From Chloroflexota bacterium (GTDB lineage Bacteria > Chloroflexota > Limnocylindria > Limnocylindrales > CSP1-4), in contig CANJLL010000001.1 in the NCBI GenBank assembly GCA_947475545.1, positions 686,277-750,276 of the forward strand: a DNA stretch of 64,000 nt. The letters run 5' to 3'. Below are positions 7,870-17,770 of this stretch, one piece after another; the stretch's first letter is position 1; each line of letters opens with the position of its first letter. A program made the position numbers and the translations under genes. The notes beneath the pieces were generated by a model. It had not been told where the DNA came from. It saw only the letters and a list, made by a program, of their open reading frames with translations, and did no database searches.

Positions 7870-10217
7870 TCGGAGCGGCGCCGCAGCCTGGGGTCCAGGC
7901 CGGCGCTTCGGGGGCGCCGGAGACGGCCGCGCACGGCCAGCCGGAGCAGCTGCATTCGAAGTCGGACGGAGGCATCGCGCATGGCGCGGAGCCGCTCGTC
8001 CCCCAGCGCGCGGCGCCCGTAGGTCACCTCGACCTTGGCGTTGGCCACCGTGGCGAGCTCGGGCCGTACCGTGGGCATCGCTTCGCCCAGCATCCCGGCG
8101 TATTCGTACACCGTCTGGGCGGGACGGGGTCCGAGACCGAACCGGCGCGCCAGGCCCACGAGCCCGACCCAGGCCTGATCGGGGCCAATCTGTCCGCGCG
8201 GGCCCCGGATCGTGACGCGGATGGCGACAACCATCACCCCAAGGGCCAGGAGCAGCCCCACGAGGATGAAGGAGATGGTCGAGTCCCCGCCGAAGGCGCC
8301 AGGGTCGAACGTGTCGTTCCCGGCGCCATCCAGGCCGGTCTCGTCACCCGGGTTGTCCACCGGTACCACGCTGGCGTCTGGGTCGAACGTCGCCTGCGCC
8401 ACTGGCTGGCCCGACGGCAGCGCGACATCACGGGAGACGCCTCCCCCGGTGGGATCGAACTCCACCCAGCCGAAGCCCGGGAAGTAGACCTCGACCCAGG
8501 CGTGTGCGGAGGCATAGGCGATGGTCTCGATGCCACCCGACCGAGTGCCGGGGAGGAATCCCTCGACGTAGCGCGCCGCGATGCCCATCTCGCGGAGCAA
8601 GATCGTCATCGTGGAGGCGTAGTACTGGCAGAACCCGCGGCGAACCTTGGCGAAGCACTCGACCGTGCTCAGGCCGTCGCAGGCCGCCTCACGCAGGTCG
8701 GTGTCGTACGTGAAGTTCGACGGGTTACGGAAGTAGTTGACCATCCCGGCCGCCGTGTCGAACGGGGTGGTGGTCCCGACCTGCGACCGGATGCGGCCCA
8801 GGAGGGCGTCGGCCTGCGGGCCGATGGCGCCGGCCGGGACGTCGAGGTAGAGCGCCCGGATCTCCGTGGGGTAGTCCGTGCCGGCGGCCCTGAGCCGGTT
8901 CTGCGTCAGGGCGCCCGGCTGGTCGTCGCCGAGCGTGGGCACGAGGGCGGTCACGACGTAGGGGCCGGTCCCGGAGCTGTTCGCGCTCGTGAAATAGCCG
9001 GCGGAACCGGTCACGTTGATCGATGCCGCACGGTCGATGTTGAGGATGGTCTGGGGCGCCATGACGACGTCGCCGCGGTAGGCCTCCGGCCGGATCGTGA
9101 TGGTCACGGCCCGCCGGCCCTGCAACTGCTGTGGATCGTCTGCGAGGCCCTTGAGCAGTGGCGCCCCGGCGACTCGGCTGGTCGCATGGGTGCTCCCGAA
9201 GGTCCACGAGTTCAGGTCGAACTTGGCGTAGGTGACCGCCCGCCAGTAGAGCCGCTGCGTCTCGCCGGCCGGGAGGACCGCCGTGAAGGCCGTCCCGTCC
9301 TGGCTCCCCCACCGGTTTGCGATGGGGAGCTTGGCCCCAAAGGCGAGTGCGCTGACCGTTCGGTTGGAGCCGCCGGTGGGCAAGAAGCGCTGGAGCGACT
9401 GGCTGATCTCCACCAGCCGCTGCGGCAGGTCGGCCAGGGCCGACTGAAGCGGCGCCGAACGGGCGGTCGCCGTCAGGACGACCGCCCCCGCAACCGCGAG
9501 TGTCACGAAGATGGCACCGCCGCGCTGGTAGGCGCCGCGGACCGCCGCGGGATCGCCGATCCGGCTGCGCAGCCACTTGGTCCGCTCGTCCAGCGCATGC
9601 GAACGGTTCATCAGCAGCAGCGCCGCCACCGTGAAGGCGACCAGCAGGAACAGCTGGTCATGCTCGTTCAGCGCCATCGACAGCAGCAGGGTGAGGCCAA
9701 GGACGAGGGCCGCATCGAACGGGCGCCGGTGGCCGAAGACGGCGTAACCCGCGTACTGGCCGGTCCCCCAGGCCAGGACCCCGAAGAAGAGCATGTAGTG
9801 CCCGAACTCGCGGGTGGTGGTCCGGTGCTGGACCACAAAATCGACCCAGACCGTCCCGACGACCTGCGCCATGAGGCGGAAGAGCGAGACCGGATCGGTC
9901 TGGGTGGGCTTGAGCAGCCAGGCGCCAATCAGCGGCAGCACGACGGCCGCGAGCAGTGCGCCGGCGACGTGCGTACGCCAGCGCGACCAGCGCAGCTTCC
10001 CGCCCGCAAACCCGACCAGCACGCCGGCGATGGTGACGGGGACCATGAAGTCGGTGAGGTTGCCGCGCCCCAGGATCCAGGCGCCATCGTCGATCGACCA
10101 GCACACCGCGGCGGCCATCAGCGCGACCAGGATCACCGTGAGCCAGCCCTCGGCCGGGGCGAGCGGCAGCGGCCGGGCGGCGCGATCGAGTGGACGGACG
10201 GACGCGGCGGCTGTCAC
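7866..10217 (-). CDS. Transglutaminase-like membrane protein (DUF3488/TgpA-like)
   Basis: 783 aa with multiple N-terminal TM helices. Transglutaminase core: GFCQYYASTM ... HAWVEVYFPGFGWVEFDPT. One C-terminal TM helix. Confidence 0.85.
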   Translation of the reverse strand: MTAAASVRPLDRAARPLPLAPAEGWLTVILVALMAAAVCWSIDDGAWILGRGNLTDFMVPVTIAGVLVGFAGGKLRWSRWRTHVAGALLAAVVLPLIGAWLLKPTQTDPVSLFRLMAQVVGTVWVDFVVQHRTTTREFGHYMLFFGVLAWGTGQYAGYAVFGHRRPFDAALVLGLTLLLSMALNEHDQLFLLVAFTVAALLLMNRSHALDERTKWLRSRIGDPAAVRGAYQRGGAIFVTLAVAGAVVLTATARSAPLQSALADLPQRLVEISQSLQRFLPTGGSNRTVSALAFGAKLPIANRWGSQDGTAFTAVLPAGETQRLYWRAVTYAKFDLNSWTFGSTHATSRVAGAPLLKGLADDPQQLQGRRAVTITIRPEAYRGDVVMAPQTILNIDRAASINVTGSAGYFTSANSSGTGPYVVTALVPTLGDDQPGALTQNRLRAAGTDYPTEIRALYLDVPAGAIGPQADALLGRIRSQVGTTTPFDTAAGMVNYFRNPSNFTYDTDLREAACDGLSTVECFAKVRRGFCQYYASTMTILLREMGIAARYVEGFLPGTRSGGIETIAYASAHAWVEVYFPGFGWVEFDPTGGGVSRDVALPSGQPVAQATFDPDASVVPVDNPGDETGLDGAGNDTFDPGAFGGDSTISFILVGLLLALGVMVVAIRVTIRGPRGQIGPDQAWVGLVGLARRFGLGPRPAQTVYEYAGMLGEAMPTVRPELATVANAKVEVTYGRRALGDERLRAMRDASVRLRMQLLRLAVRGRLRRPRSAGLDPRLRRRSD

Positions 10218-11548
10218 GAGACCAGCTGCTCCCCGAGGTCGCGACCTGGCACCACCGTGTACGACGCGATCCGGAACTCCGAGAGCCTGTGCTTGAAGGC
10301 ACGCGACCGCTGGGCGAGCGTCGCCGCCAGCTCGGGCGTCGCCGGCAGGGCGGGCGCAAGGCTGCGATGGACGCCTGTGGCGTCGGCGGCCTGGCGAAAG
10401 GCCAGCTGATCGAGCGTGACGACGACCGCGTTGATGCCCTTGCGACGGAGGGTGGCCAGGGGGCGCACCCAGACCGGGTCCTGCGAGCCCGTGATCACCA
10501 CCGTCGTCATCCCGTGGCGGATGCGGGGAGCGGTCCGGATCAGCGCCTCCACCAGCGGTGCCGCCCCGTCCCCGGAGACGGCCGCCAGGAGTTGCATGAT
10601 CTTGAGCCGTTGCCGCGCTCCGCGGTCAGCCGGCACCTGGCCCAGCTGGCGGGCGTTCACGGTGATGCCCACGGCCCGGTTCTCGCGCAGGGCGCGGTCG
10701 GCGATGGAGGCCGCGGCGCGGACGGCCACTTCCACCGACGACTGGTCGCCGCGGCCTACCTGGCAGTCGCGATCCAGGTCCAGGACGATCCACAGGTCCG
10801 CGGTCTGCTCCAGCTCGAACTCCTTGACCTGGATCTCGCCCTGGCGAGCCGTTGACGGCCAGTGGATCCGGTTCATCGCGTCACCGGGTGCATACGGGCG
10901 AACCGTGGTCACCAGGGGCGTCGCGTGGAAGGAACGCTCGGGAGCAGAGCGCGCACCCTCGACGGTCGCCGCCGGGAGGCGCCAGAGCGGCAGCGCCTCG
11001 ACGCGGGGGTAGACCACAACCGTCACGCCGTTGCCGACGGCGGCCGACGATTCGAACAGCCCGAACGGGTCCCCGGTGCGGATCACCAGCGGTTCGATCC
11101 GGAAGTGTCCCCGGCGATCGAGTGGCGTCCGGACCAGCCAGCTGCGCTCGGTTCGGCCGCCGACGGCGATCGCCCGCCCGGGCAATCCGCCGGGGAGCGA
11201 GGACGGGTTGTGGACCTCGAGCCACGGCTTGGGAATCCGGCTGGTATTCCGGACCGTGTAGGTGACCGTCAGTTTGTCGCCGACGTGGCCGCTGAGCGCC
11301 CCCACCGCATACCCGGCCTCCAGGTCGGCGAGTCCCAGGCGAGTCACGATGTAGGACCCGCCGACGACGAGCAAGCTCAGGTAGACCAGGTAGAAGAGGA
11401 ACGCCTCGCCGGTCCCGAACGCGGTCCCCAGCAGGACCAGCCCGAGGATCGTGAGCTGCAGACGCCGGAGCACGACGCGCTGGCCCGCTGGATCCGCGGC
11501 CCGCTCAGCGCCCGCGCGCTGGCTGGCCCAGCTCCGGAGGCCGGACAC
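10214..11548 (-). CDS. DUF58 (VWA-like) domain protein
   Basis: 444 aa with two N-terminal TM helices and the DUF58 signature region ([27 protein letters not shown]). It has a 4-nt overlap with the transglutaminase gene. Confidence 0.85.
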   Translation of the reverse strand: MSGLRSWASQRAGAERAADPAGQRVVLRRLQLTILGLVLLGTAFGTGEAFLFYLVYLSLLVVGGSYIVTRLGLADLEAGYAVGALSGHVGDKLTVTYTVRNTSRIPKPWLEVHNPSSLPGGLPGRAIAVGGRTERSWLVRTPLDRRGHFRIEPLVIRTGDPFGLFESSAAVGNGVTVVVYPRVEALPLWRLPAATVEGARSAPERSFHATPLVTTVRPYAPGDAMNRIHWPSTARQGEIQVKEFELEQTADLWIVLDLDRDCQVGRGDQSSVEVAVRAAASIADRALRENRAVGITVNARQLGQVPADRGARQRLKIMQLLAAVSGDGAAPLVEALIRTAPRIRHGMTTVVITGSQDPVWVRPLATLRRKGINAVVVTLDQLAFRQAADATGVHRSLAPALPATPELAATLAQRSRAFKHRLSEFRIASYTVVPGRDLGEQLVS

Positions 11549-12500
11549 CGGCGGCTGCCCGACCGCCAGCTTCGACCGGCGTCTGATCGAGCAGCTCGCC
11601 GACGACCTGGACCGGACCCACGTCGTGGATGGACGAGCTGGTCTTGATGATCAGCCGATGAGCCAGGGCCGGCTCCACGAGCGCCTTGATGTCGTCCGGG
11701 ATGACGTAGTCGCGGCCCAGCAGGCCGGCCAGCGCCTGCCCGGCCCGGTAGAGGGCGATGGACCCGCGCGGCGAGGCGCCCAGGTACACATCCGGGTGCT
11801 GCCGCGACGCGCCTACCAGCCGGACGATGTACTCCGAGATGGCCGGATCCACGTAGACCTCGCGGACGGCCGCCTGCATGGCACGGAGCTCCTCGGTGGA
11901 GCACACGACGGCGATCTCATCGACCGGGTGGCGCCGCTTCTGCTCATCCAGGATGAGGATCTCCTCGACGGGCTGCGGGTAGCCCAGCCTGATGCGAAGC
12001 ATGAACCGGTCGAGCTGTGCCTCCGGGAGCGCGAAGGTCCCTTCGTACTCGATCGGGTTCTGGGTGGCGATGACGAGGAAGGGGTCCGGCATCATGTAGG
12101 TGACGCCATCCACGGTGGCCTGGCGCTCCTCCATGCACTCGAGGAGCGCGGACTGCGTCTTGGGCGTTGCCCGGTTGATCTCGTCCGCGAGGACCACCTG
12201 GCTCATGATCGGCCCGGCCCGGAACTCGAACTCCTGGGACTTCTGGTTGTAGATCGAGAGGCCGGTCACGTCGGACGGGAGGAGGTCCGGGGTGAACTGG
12301 ATGCGCCGGAAGGTGCAGCCGAGGCTCTTGGCAATGGCCTTGGCCAGCACCGTCTTGCCGGTCCCCGGGACATCCTCGATGAGCAGGTGCCCGCGGCACA
12401 GGAGCGCGACCAACGCGAGTCGCACCTCGTGGTGCTTGCCCACGATCACACGCTCGACATTCGCGAGAACCTTGTCGCCGGTCTCCTGGATCTTGCTCAT
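11505..12500 (-). CDS. moxR: MoxR-family AAA+ ATPase
   Basis: 331 aa with Walker A GTGKT, Walker [11 protein letters not shown] and typical MoxR sequence throughout. Confidence 0.93.
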   Translation of the reverse strand: MSKIQETGDKVLANVERVIVGKHHEVRLALVALLCRGHLLIEDVPGTGKTVLAKAIAKSLGCTFRRIQFTPDLLPSDVTGLSIYNQKSQEFEFRAGPIMSQVVLADEINRATPKTQSALLECMEERQATVDGVTYMMPDPFLVIATQNPIEYEGTFALPEAQLDRFMLRIRLGYPQPVEEILILDEQKRRHPVDEIAVVCSTEELRAMQAAVREVYVDPAISEYIVRLVGASRQHPDVYLGASPRGSIALYRAGQALAGLLGRDYVIPDDIKALVEPALAHRLIIKTSSSIHDVGPVQVVGELLDQTPVEAGGRAAAGVRPPELGQPARGR

Positions 12501-12703
12501 GGCGCCCCCTGGGACTACGGGGTGAACAGGGCCGGGCGGCCCGGACGTGTTGCGGGGGATGGTACGACGAGGACGAAGGAAGGGCTGTTGGCGTGATGCG
12601 CGCCGACTCGCCGGCTTTGCCCCACGTGGGTCAGTACGACGGAATCCATGGGACGGATCATCCCCGGACCGGTTGGACCAGACGACGACAGGGGAGCACC
12701 ATC

Positions 12704-12904
12704 TCAGCCGCGGATGAGGGTGTTGACACCCGCCCAGGCGGTCATCAGGCAGCCGACGATGCCCATCAGCGCGAGGAACGGCTCACCGCCCAGCCACGCG
12801 GCGACCCCAACGCCCCCGAACATGACCGCCAGGATCAGCGCGATGGCGGCGAGGCCGAGGCGCTCGATGACGGGACGGCCGGCGGGTTCGGGTGGAATGG
12901 ACAC
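12704..12904 (-). CDS. Small hypothetical membrane protein
   Basis: 66 aa with two hydrophobic helices. No family recognised. Confidence 0.45.
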   Translation of the reverse strand: MSIPPEPAGRPVIERLGLAAIALILAVMFGGVGVAAWLGGEPFLALMGIVGCLMTAWAGVNTLIRG

Positions 12905-13047
12905 TGCTCGAGAGTCTAGCAGCCGTCCCGGGGTGGCCCGATGGTCATGGCCTGATCAGGGAGGTTGGATGACGAGGTTGGTGGGCCTATCCTCGGGTGG
13001 GTGGCGCCTTGTGCGGACGCCACCGGATTTCGCCAGCCGGGAACCGA

Positions 13048-14523
13048 ATGACACAGGCCCTCTCGGAATCGTTCTGCGAACGCTGCGGCACCAGGTACCA
13101 GCTCGAGAGCCATCGGGCGAAGTCGGGGGCCCTGGCAGGCGTACGCGTGCTCGGCAAGGGGCTGCGAAAGCTGGCCCTGACGCGGGCATCCAGCCTGGAC
13201 GAGGCGCTCGAGACCGCCCGTCACGACGACGAGCGAGCGGCCAACAGCCGGGCACTGGAGGAGTTTCACGGCACCTTCCACTTCTGCCTGTCCTGCCGGC
13301 AGTACACCTGCGTCACCTGCTGGAACCCGGCCGCCGGCGTGTGCCTGGCGTGCGCACCAGCGACTGAGTCCGATACCGCGGAGGACATCGAGGCACCCCG
13401 CACCGCGATGACCTCCGAACAGGCCCGCCCGGAACAAGAGGCGGCGAGTCGCCCCGCCCACGACCAGATTGCGATCCCGCGGCAGGTTGACGAGTGGGGC
13501 CGGCCGATCTCGGGAGCGGTAGCGGCAGCACCGTCGGCACCGGAGGCCGTCGCAGCACCAAACCCGGCCGCCGCGGAGGCGGCATCGATCGGGCCCATCG
13601 AGATGGCGGCACGGCCGGCCGAGCCGCTCACCAAGCTCGCGACAGGGCGAGCCACAGATGCTCCCCCGGCCCAGTTCGACGACGACGCACCCATCGCATC
13701 ACACATGGCGCCCCGGGCGAAGGTCGAAGGACGACCGATCGTTGTCCAGCCCGCCGTGGACGAGCCGATGGTGGCTGGGCCCCTGGTCACCGCCGCAGCA
13801 GGACCCGGCGTGCACGTGCCAGCGAGTGCGGCCGACTGGCTCCATCCGGGGACCAGCCTGGATGCCGCGATCGCCGCGTACGAGGCGGCGCTCCGCAGTG
13901 AGGCGCAACTGGTGATCACGCCGGTGGTCGCGGCGGCCGAGCCGGAGCCCATGGTGGAGCCGGAGCCCGAGTTGGAGCCCGAAGTCGCGGCGGCCGAGCC
14001 GGATCCCATGGTGGAGCCGGTACCGGAGCCCGAAGTCGCGGCGGCCGAGCCGGAGCCCATGGTGGAGCCGGAGCCCGAGTTGGAGCCCGAAGTCGCGGCG
14101 GCCGAGCCGGAGCCCATGGTGGCCACGCCCCCGAGACACCCGTCGACTGCGGATCTGCTTCCGTTCGTGACGGCGCCTTCGCCTCGGCCTCAACCACCCG
14201 TGGAGCCACTCCGAGCGGCAGCGCACCTGCAGGCGGACGCCGACGTGCGCCGATCGGAAGCGTCCGGCTTCGCGGAGGATCCGCGCTTCGCTGCCTGGAG
14301 CATCCACGCCCCCGAGGCTCCTCGACCGGTCGCCGGCCCCACGCCCGCCGAGGCCGTTCGGTCGGCCGCGAAGGCGGTGGGCGTTTCCACGCCGGCCAGC
14401 GGACCCGTCGCCACGGCGCCGCGCGTTGCCACGACGGCCGGCGGCCAGGCCTGCGTCAACTGCGGGCTGTCCCTCTCGACCACTGCCCGCTTCTGCCGCC
14501 GGTGCGGAACCAGCCAGGGCTGA
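13048..14523 (+). CDS. Double zinc-ribbon protein with an acidic Pro/Glu tandem-repeat linker
   Basis: N-terminal Cys clusters (CERCG ... CLSCRQYTCVTCWNPAAGVCLACAP) and a C-terminal ribbon (CVNCG...CRRCG). ATG 13048 is preferred over GTG 12997. Confidence 0.7.
   Translation: MTQALSESFCERCGTRYQLESHRAKSGALAGVRVLGKGLRKLALTRASSLDEALETARHDDERAANSRALEEFHGTFHFCLSCRQYTCVTCWNPAAGVCLACAPATESDTAEDIEAPRTAMTSEQARPEQEAASRPAHDQIAIPRQVDEWGRPISGAVAAAPSAPEAVAAPNPAAAEAASIGPIEMAARPAEPLTKLATGRATDAPPAQFDDDAPIASHMAPRAKVEGRPIVVQPAVDEPMVAGPLVTAAAGPGVHVPASAADWLHPGTSLDAAIAAYEAALRSEAQLVITPVVAAAEPEPMVEPEPELEPEVAAAEPDPMVEPVPEPEVAAAEPEPMVEPEPELEPEVAAAEPEPMVATPPRHPSTADLLPFVTAPSPRPQPPVEPLRAAAHLQADADVRRSEASGFAEDPRFAAWSIHAPEAPRPVAGPTPAEAVRSAAKAVGVSTPASGPVATAPRVATTAGGQACVNCGLSLSTTARFCRRCGTSQG
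13927..14122 (+). repeat. About 3.4 copies of a 51-57-bp in-frame tandem repeat (AAEPEPMVEPEPELEPEV)
   Basis: Near-identical DNA units read directly. One unit is 6 bp shorter. Confidence 0.85.
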
Positions 14524-14559
14524 CCACTCGGCGGGCGCAACCCTTGACGCCGGCCGCCG

Positions 14560-15081
14560 CTAGCGAACCCGGAGCGGCGTCCAGCGTGTCGCGTCCCGGC
14601 GTCGGAGCCGTCGCCAGAGCGTGCTCAGCAACGCCGTCAACGCCAGCGCCGCGGCCACGGCCGGCAGGAGGGACGCCCAGCGCCGGCCGTCTGCAGGGCC
14701 AAGCTGGCCATACGTGGTCGTCGCGATCACCAGGGGCGCCGCCAGGATCATGGCCAGCGTAGGACGCGGGAGCGATCGGGTGTCCATCCACGGCTCATGA
14801 ACGCGTGTGGCAAGGCGCACACCCGCGGCGACCGAGATCCATGTCGGCGTGAAGAGTGCGAGGCCGACGATCGTGGCGCCGAGCAGCGCCTCATCCGTGG
14901 CTGCGAGGCACCAGTCCAGCACGTAGGCAGCGGCCACGAGGCCGGCAAGGCAGGCAGCAACGGCCGCGATCGCAGCCAGCCGCCGTTCGGTCGGGGTGAG
15001 CGCAAGTGGTACCACGGCGCGGGCCTCCCGGGAGGCCTGACGAGCAGGCCAATGACCGCGGGACGCGGGCCCGGATGCCAA
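14560..15081 (-). CDS. Hypothetical integral membrane protein
   Basis: 173 aa with about 4 hydrophobic segments, co-directional with the upstream yihY-like gene. The start is uncertain. Confidence 0.5.
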   Translation of the reverse strand: MASGPASRGHWPARQASREARAVVPLALTPTERRLAAIAAVAACLAGLVAAAYVLDWCLAATDEALLGATIVGLALFTPTWISVAAGVRLATRVHEPWMDTRSLPRPTLAMILAAPLVIATTTYGQLGPADGRRWASLLPAVAAALALTALLSTLWRRLRRRDATRWTPLRVR

Positions 15082-15184
15082 CCGGACCGTTCAGTAGAGG
15101 ATCGCGGCGGTCCGCCTGACCGACCAGTGCCGGGCGGCCCCATCGGGCTGCGGCCGCCCCAGTCGCCCGGCAGTACCCGAGTTG

Positions 15185-16081
15185 CTAGGTTGCTGCTGTC
15201 CGGGCCTCGCCGGCCGCGCGATCCCGAACATCGATCCACGCCGCGCCCAGCAGCACGGCCTGGAACGTGATGCTCAGCCATGCGAGTGCCGCAAACGCTG
15301 TCGCGACCGTGCCAAGGACGGCGGCGGCGCCGATGAGGCGCGGCGCCACGAAGACGAAGAGCCGGGCGACAACGACAAGCACCGCCGTCACGACGATCGC
15401 GGGCGTCACGATGGCGCGCCACCCGGCGCGCCTGGGCGGGACCAGCCGATAGACGGTGCTGAGCGCTGCAGCGGTCGCGATAGGGCCGGTCAGGTCGAAC
15501 AGCAGCGCCACCAGGACAGAGAGCGGCCGGCCGCCTGTCGCCTCGGCCGCGGTGACGAAGGCACGGACGCCCGCCACGACGGTGACCATCATGAAGACCA
15601 GGCCAAGCACGCCGACGGACATGACCCCCAGGATGGTGCGCCGAACGATCCCCCGTCGCGAGAGACCGCCAAACACTCGGCTCAGGGCGTCCTCGAACGC
15701 CGTGTAGAACTGGCTGGCTCCCCAGGCCAGACCGAGAAGGCCCAGGAGGGTGACGGAGCCCGCCAGGGCGGTCAGCTCATCGACCGCTGGCTTCAGCAGG
15801 TCCCGAAGTGGCGGGATCACGCCAACCACGACGTCGACGAACCGGTCGTGCAGCCGGCTGTCGCCGAGCACCGTGCCGGAGATGCCCAGGATGAGCAGGA
15901 TCCCAGGCACCAGTGCGAACAGCGCCCGGTAGGCGAGGCCAGACGCCAGGAGGCTACCGCCCGCTGCTCCATAGCCCTCGACGATGGCGCGCAGGGCGCG
16001 CACGCCGCGGATGCCCAGGGCACCGGCGACCACTCGCTCCAGGACGCGGGGTGGACGAGCCGCGTTGCCCTCCCCGATCAC
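15185..16081 (-). CDS. YihY/BrkB-family membrane protein
   Basis: 298 aa, polytopic, with YihY-like motifs (LASGLAYRALFALVPG). Confidence 0.85.
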   Translation of the reverse strand: MIGEGNAARPPRVLERVVAGALGIRGVRALRAIVEGYGAAGGSLLASGLAYRALFALVPGILLILGISGTVLGDSRLHDRFVDVVVGVIPPLRDLLKPAVDELTALAGSVTLLGLLGLAWGASQFYTAFEDALSRVFGGLSRRGIVRRTILGVMSVGVLGLVFMMVTVVAGVRAFVTAAEATGGRPLSVLVALLFDLTGPIATAAALSTVYRLVPPRRAGWRAIVTPAIVVTAVLVVVARLFVFVAPRLIGAAAVLGTVATAFAALAWLSITFQAVLLGAAWIDVRDRAAGEARTAAT

Positions 16082-16320
16082 CCCTTCAGGTCGTCGAAGA
16101 GGACCGGTTGGTTGTCGTTGGAGCGTCCCCGGCGCGGCGGGGCCACGAGGGCACGGACCTCGCCGCGGCGGACGAACCTGCGGCCACCAAGCTTGATGCT
16201 CTGGAGCGTGCCGTTGCGAGCCCAGCGCCCGATGGTCGACCGTAGGAACCGCACATTCGCGGCCGCCAGGAGATCGGCGGCCTCGGCCAGCGTGATCCAG
16301 TCCCCAGCCGCGCCCGCCAT
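16078..16320 (-). CDS. Excisionase/MerR-like helix-turn-helix DNA-binding protein
   Basis: 80-aa internal start MAGAAGDWITLAEAADLL...IGRWARNGTLQSIKLGGRRFVRRGEV. It has a 4-nt overlap with the yihY-like gene. Confidence 0.7.
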   Translation of the reverse strand: MAGAAGDWITLAEAADLLAAANVRFLRSTIGRWARNGTLQSIKLGGRRFVRRGEVRALVAPPRRGRSNDNQPVLFDDLKG

Positions 16321-16321
16321 G

Positions 16322-16819
16322 TCAGTCCTCCCCGGCCCCCGATCGGCCCGATGTCGATCCGCCCGATGGCGATCCGGCCGATGGCGATCCGGCCGATGGC
16401 GATCCGCCCGATGGCGATCCGGCCGATGGCGATCGGCCCGATGGCGATCCGCCCGATGGCGATCCGGCCGAACCCGATCCGCTCGAACCCGATCCGCTCG
16501 ACGCGGCCACGGGTGCACCGTCGCCGCTTGAGCTGGACGCCGGCGCCGCCTCCGGCGTTGAGCCGCCACTCCCCTCCCCGGCCGAATCGCCACCGTTCGA
16601 TGACTCGTTCGGTCGAGAGGCTGCCTTGGTCCCGCTCGACGAGGCGCGCTCCTTCTTTGCCCAGCCCGTCCCCTTGAAGTGAACGGCCGGCGCTGTGAGG
16701 GCCTTCTTCATCGGCCCGCCGCTGCAGCTGGGGCAGGTCTCCGGCCCCGAAGCGTGCACGCCGTGCATCACCTCGGTCCGAACCCCGCAGTCGCCGCAGA
16801 CATAGTCGTAGAGTGGCAC
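16322..16819 (-). CDS. FmdB-family zinc-ribbon protein with a Ser/Gly/Pro repeat tail
   Basis: N-terminus MPLYDYVCGDCG...CPSC is the FmdB/CxxC_CxxC_SSSS signature. The C-terminal half is low complexity (SAGSPSGGSP repeats). Confidence 0.8.
   Translation of the reverse strand: MPLYDYVCGDCGVRTEVMHGVHASGPETCPSCSGGPMKKALTAPAVHFKGTGWAKKERASSSGTKAASRPNESSNGGDSAGEGSGGSTPEAAPASSSSGDGAPVAASSGSGSSGSGSAGSPSGGSPSGRSPSAGSPSGGSPSAGSPSAGSPSGGSTSGRSGAGED
16350..16499. repeat. About 10 copies of a 15-bp tandem repeat (gatggcgatccgscc)
   Basis: Read directly. It encodes the 5-aa GSPS[AG] periodicity of the FmdB tail and generates spurious ORFs in other frames. Confidence 0.9.
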
Positions 16820-16834
16820 CCTTCCTCCTGATCC

Positions 16835-17632
16835 TCAGCCGCGCAGCATGCGCATGCCGCACTTGGGGCAGTAGAACGCTCGATCGTGGCCTGACGAGAA
16901 GCCGCAGTGGGCACACACGAGACCGCCCCTGCCGGCTGCTGGCACCGGTCGCTCCACCTGGGTGGTTCCCAGGGAGTAGCGGCTGGCCAGGATCGTGCGG
17001 AGCAGCTCGGTCACCAGCCGGGTGCCGACGCGGTCGCTGTCGCCCCGCGCGCCCCGGCCACCCCAGCCAACCACGGCCCGGACGATGATGTCACCCGTAG
17101 CCTCGTCCCAGTGCGAGGCTAACCCCCCGACGATCGCACCGTAGTCGGGATAGCCGGCGGTGTCGGTCTCGCCCTCCAGCAGGCTGCACACAAACGTGTC
17201 GAATGCCAGGTCGATGGCATCGACCGACTCCAGCACCATGAGCGCGTGGCGCGCCACCGGCGACCGATCGTGATGGGCCTCCAGCCAGTGGGCCGCCTCG
17301 ACCGGCCGGATGATGGTTGGCGCGGCCGACGTCAGCTCGACCTCCAGGGGCTCGATGACCTCGATCTCGCTCTTGGCCATCCCGGCAAGGAGCGACGGGA
17401 GGTCGGCCAGGACCTTGGGGCCCTGCTTCATTCGCACGCCCTCGCTGGTCTTGGCCGCAAACGACAGCTTGAGGACGAACTCCTGGGCCACCGCCTCCTC
17501 GGGCATGCCGGAGGGCGGAGGTGGGGCTGCGACAACCGGGGGCGGGGTGCCCTGGTCGCTGCCCCGGCGCTTCAGAAAGTCAAGCGGCACGCGTGTCTCC
17601 GCGTCAGAAGGGTTGCGAGATCGACCGGACAC
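16835..17632 (-). CDS. Hypothetical protein with a C-terminal zinc ribbon
   Basis: 265 aa ending in CAHCG...CPKCG. It is the first gene of the co-directional run 17632 to 14560. Confidence 0.65.
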   Translation of the reverse strand: MSGRSRNPSDAETRVPLDFLKRRGSDQGTPPPVVAAPPPPSGMPEEAVAQEFVLKLSFAAKTSEGVRMKQGPKVLADLPSLLAGMAKSEIEVIEPLEVELTSAAPTIIRPVEAAHWLEAHHDRSPVARHALMVLESVDAIDLAFDTFVCSLLEGETDTAGYPDYGAIVGGLASHWDEATGDIIVRAVVGWGGRGARGDSDRVGTRLVTELLRTILASRYSLGTTQVERPVPAAGRGGLVCAHCGFSSGHDRAFYCPKCGMRMLRG

Positions 17633-17770
17633 TATCGTAGCAGCGTGCCAGCGCAGCCCCCGGAGGTGCAGTCGTCGTTCGGCGGCCCAGCCGAGCTGGC
17701 AACACGGTCGGGTGCGCGGCTGCGCCTGACCCGCAACCCTGCACTGGCTGCGCCCCGCACCGTGCGGACG

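Noticed and set aside
8502-10409. Long ORFs antisense to well-supported genes (e.g. 8502..10409 +, 18821..20812 +, 44438..46414 -, 50010..52598 -, 51794..54742 +, 56900..60184 +, 27661..29670 -)
   Set aside because: These are typical shadow ORFs of high-GC DNA. Their translations are Arg/Pro/Gly/Ala-rich with no recognisable motifs. Each lies opposite a gene with strong family signatures.
13927-16499. Tandem repeats as a possible CRISPR array
   Set aside because: The repeats are directly adjacent with no unique spacers. Units are 9-57 bp, most are in frame within CDSs, and there are no cas genes.
16078-16916. ORFs reading through the 15-bp repeat (RADRHRADRH on the minus strand, MAIRPMAIRP on the plus strand)
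   Set aside because: They are artefacts of a repeat that is open in several frames. Only the FmdB frame has a recognisable N-terminal domain and sensible neighbours.
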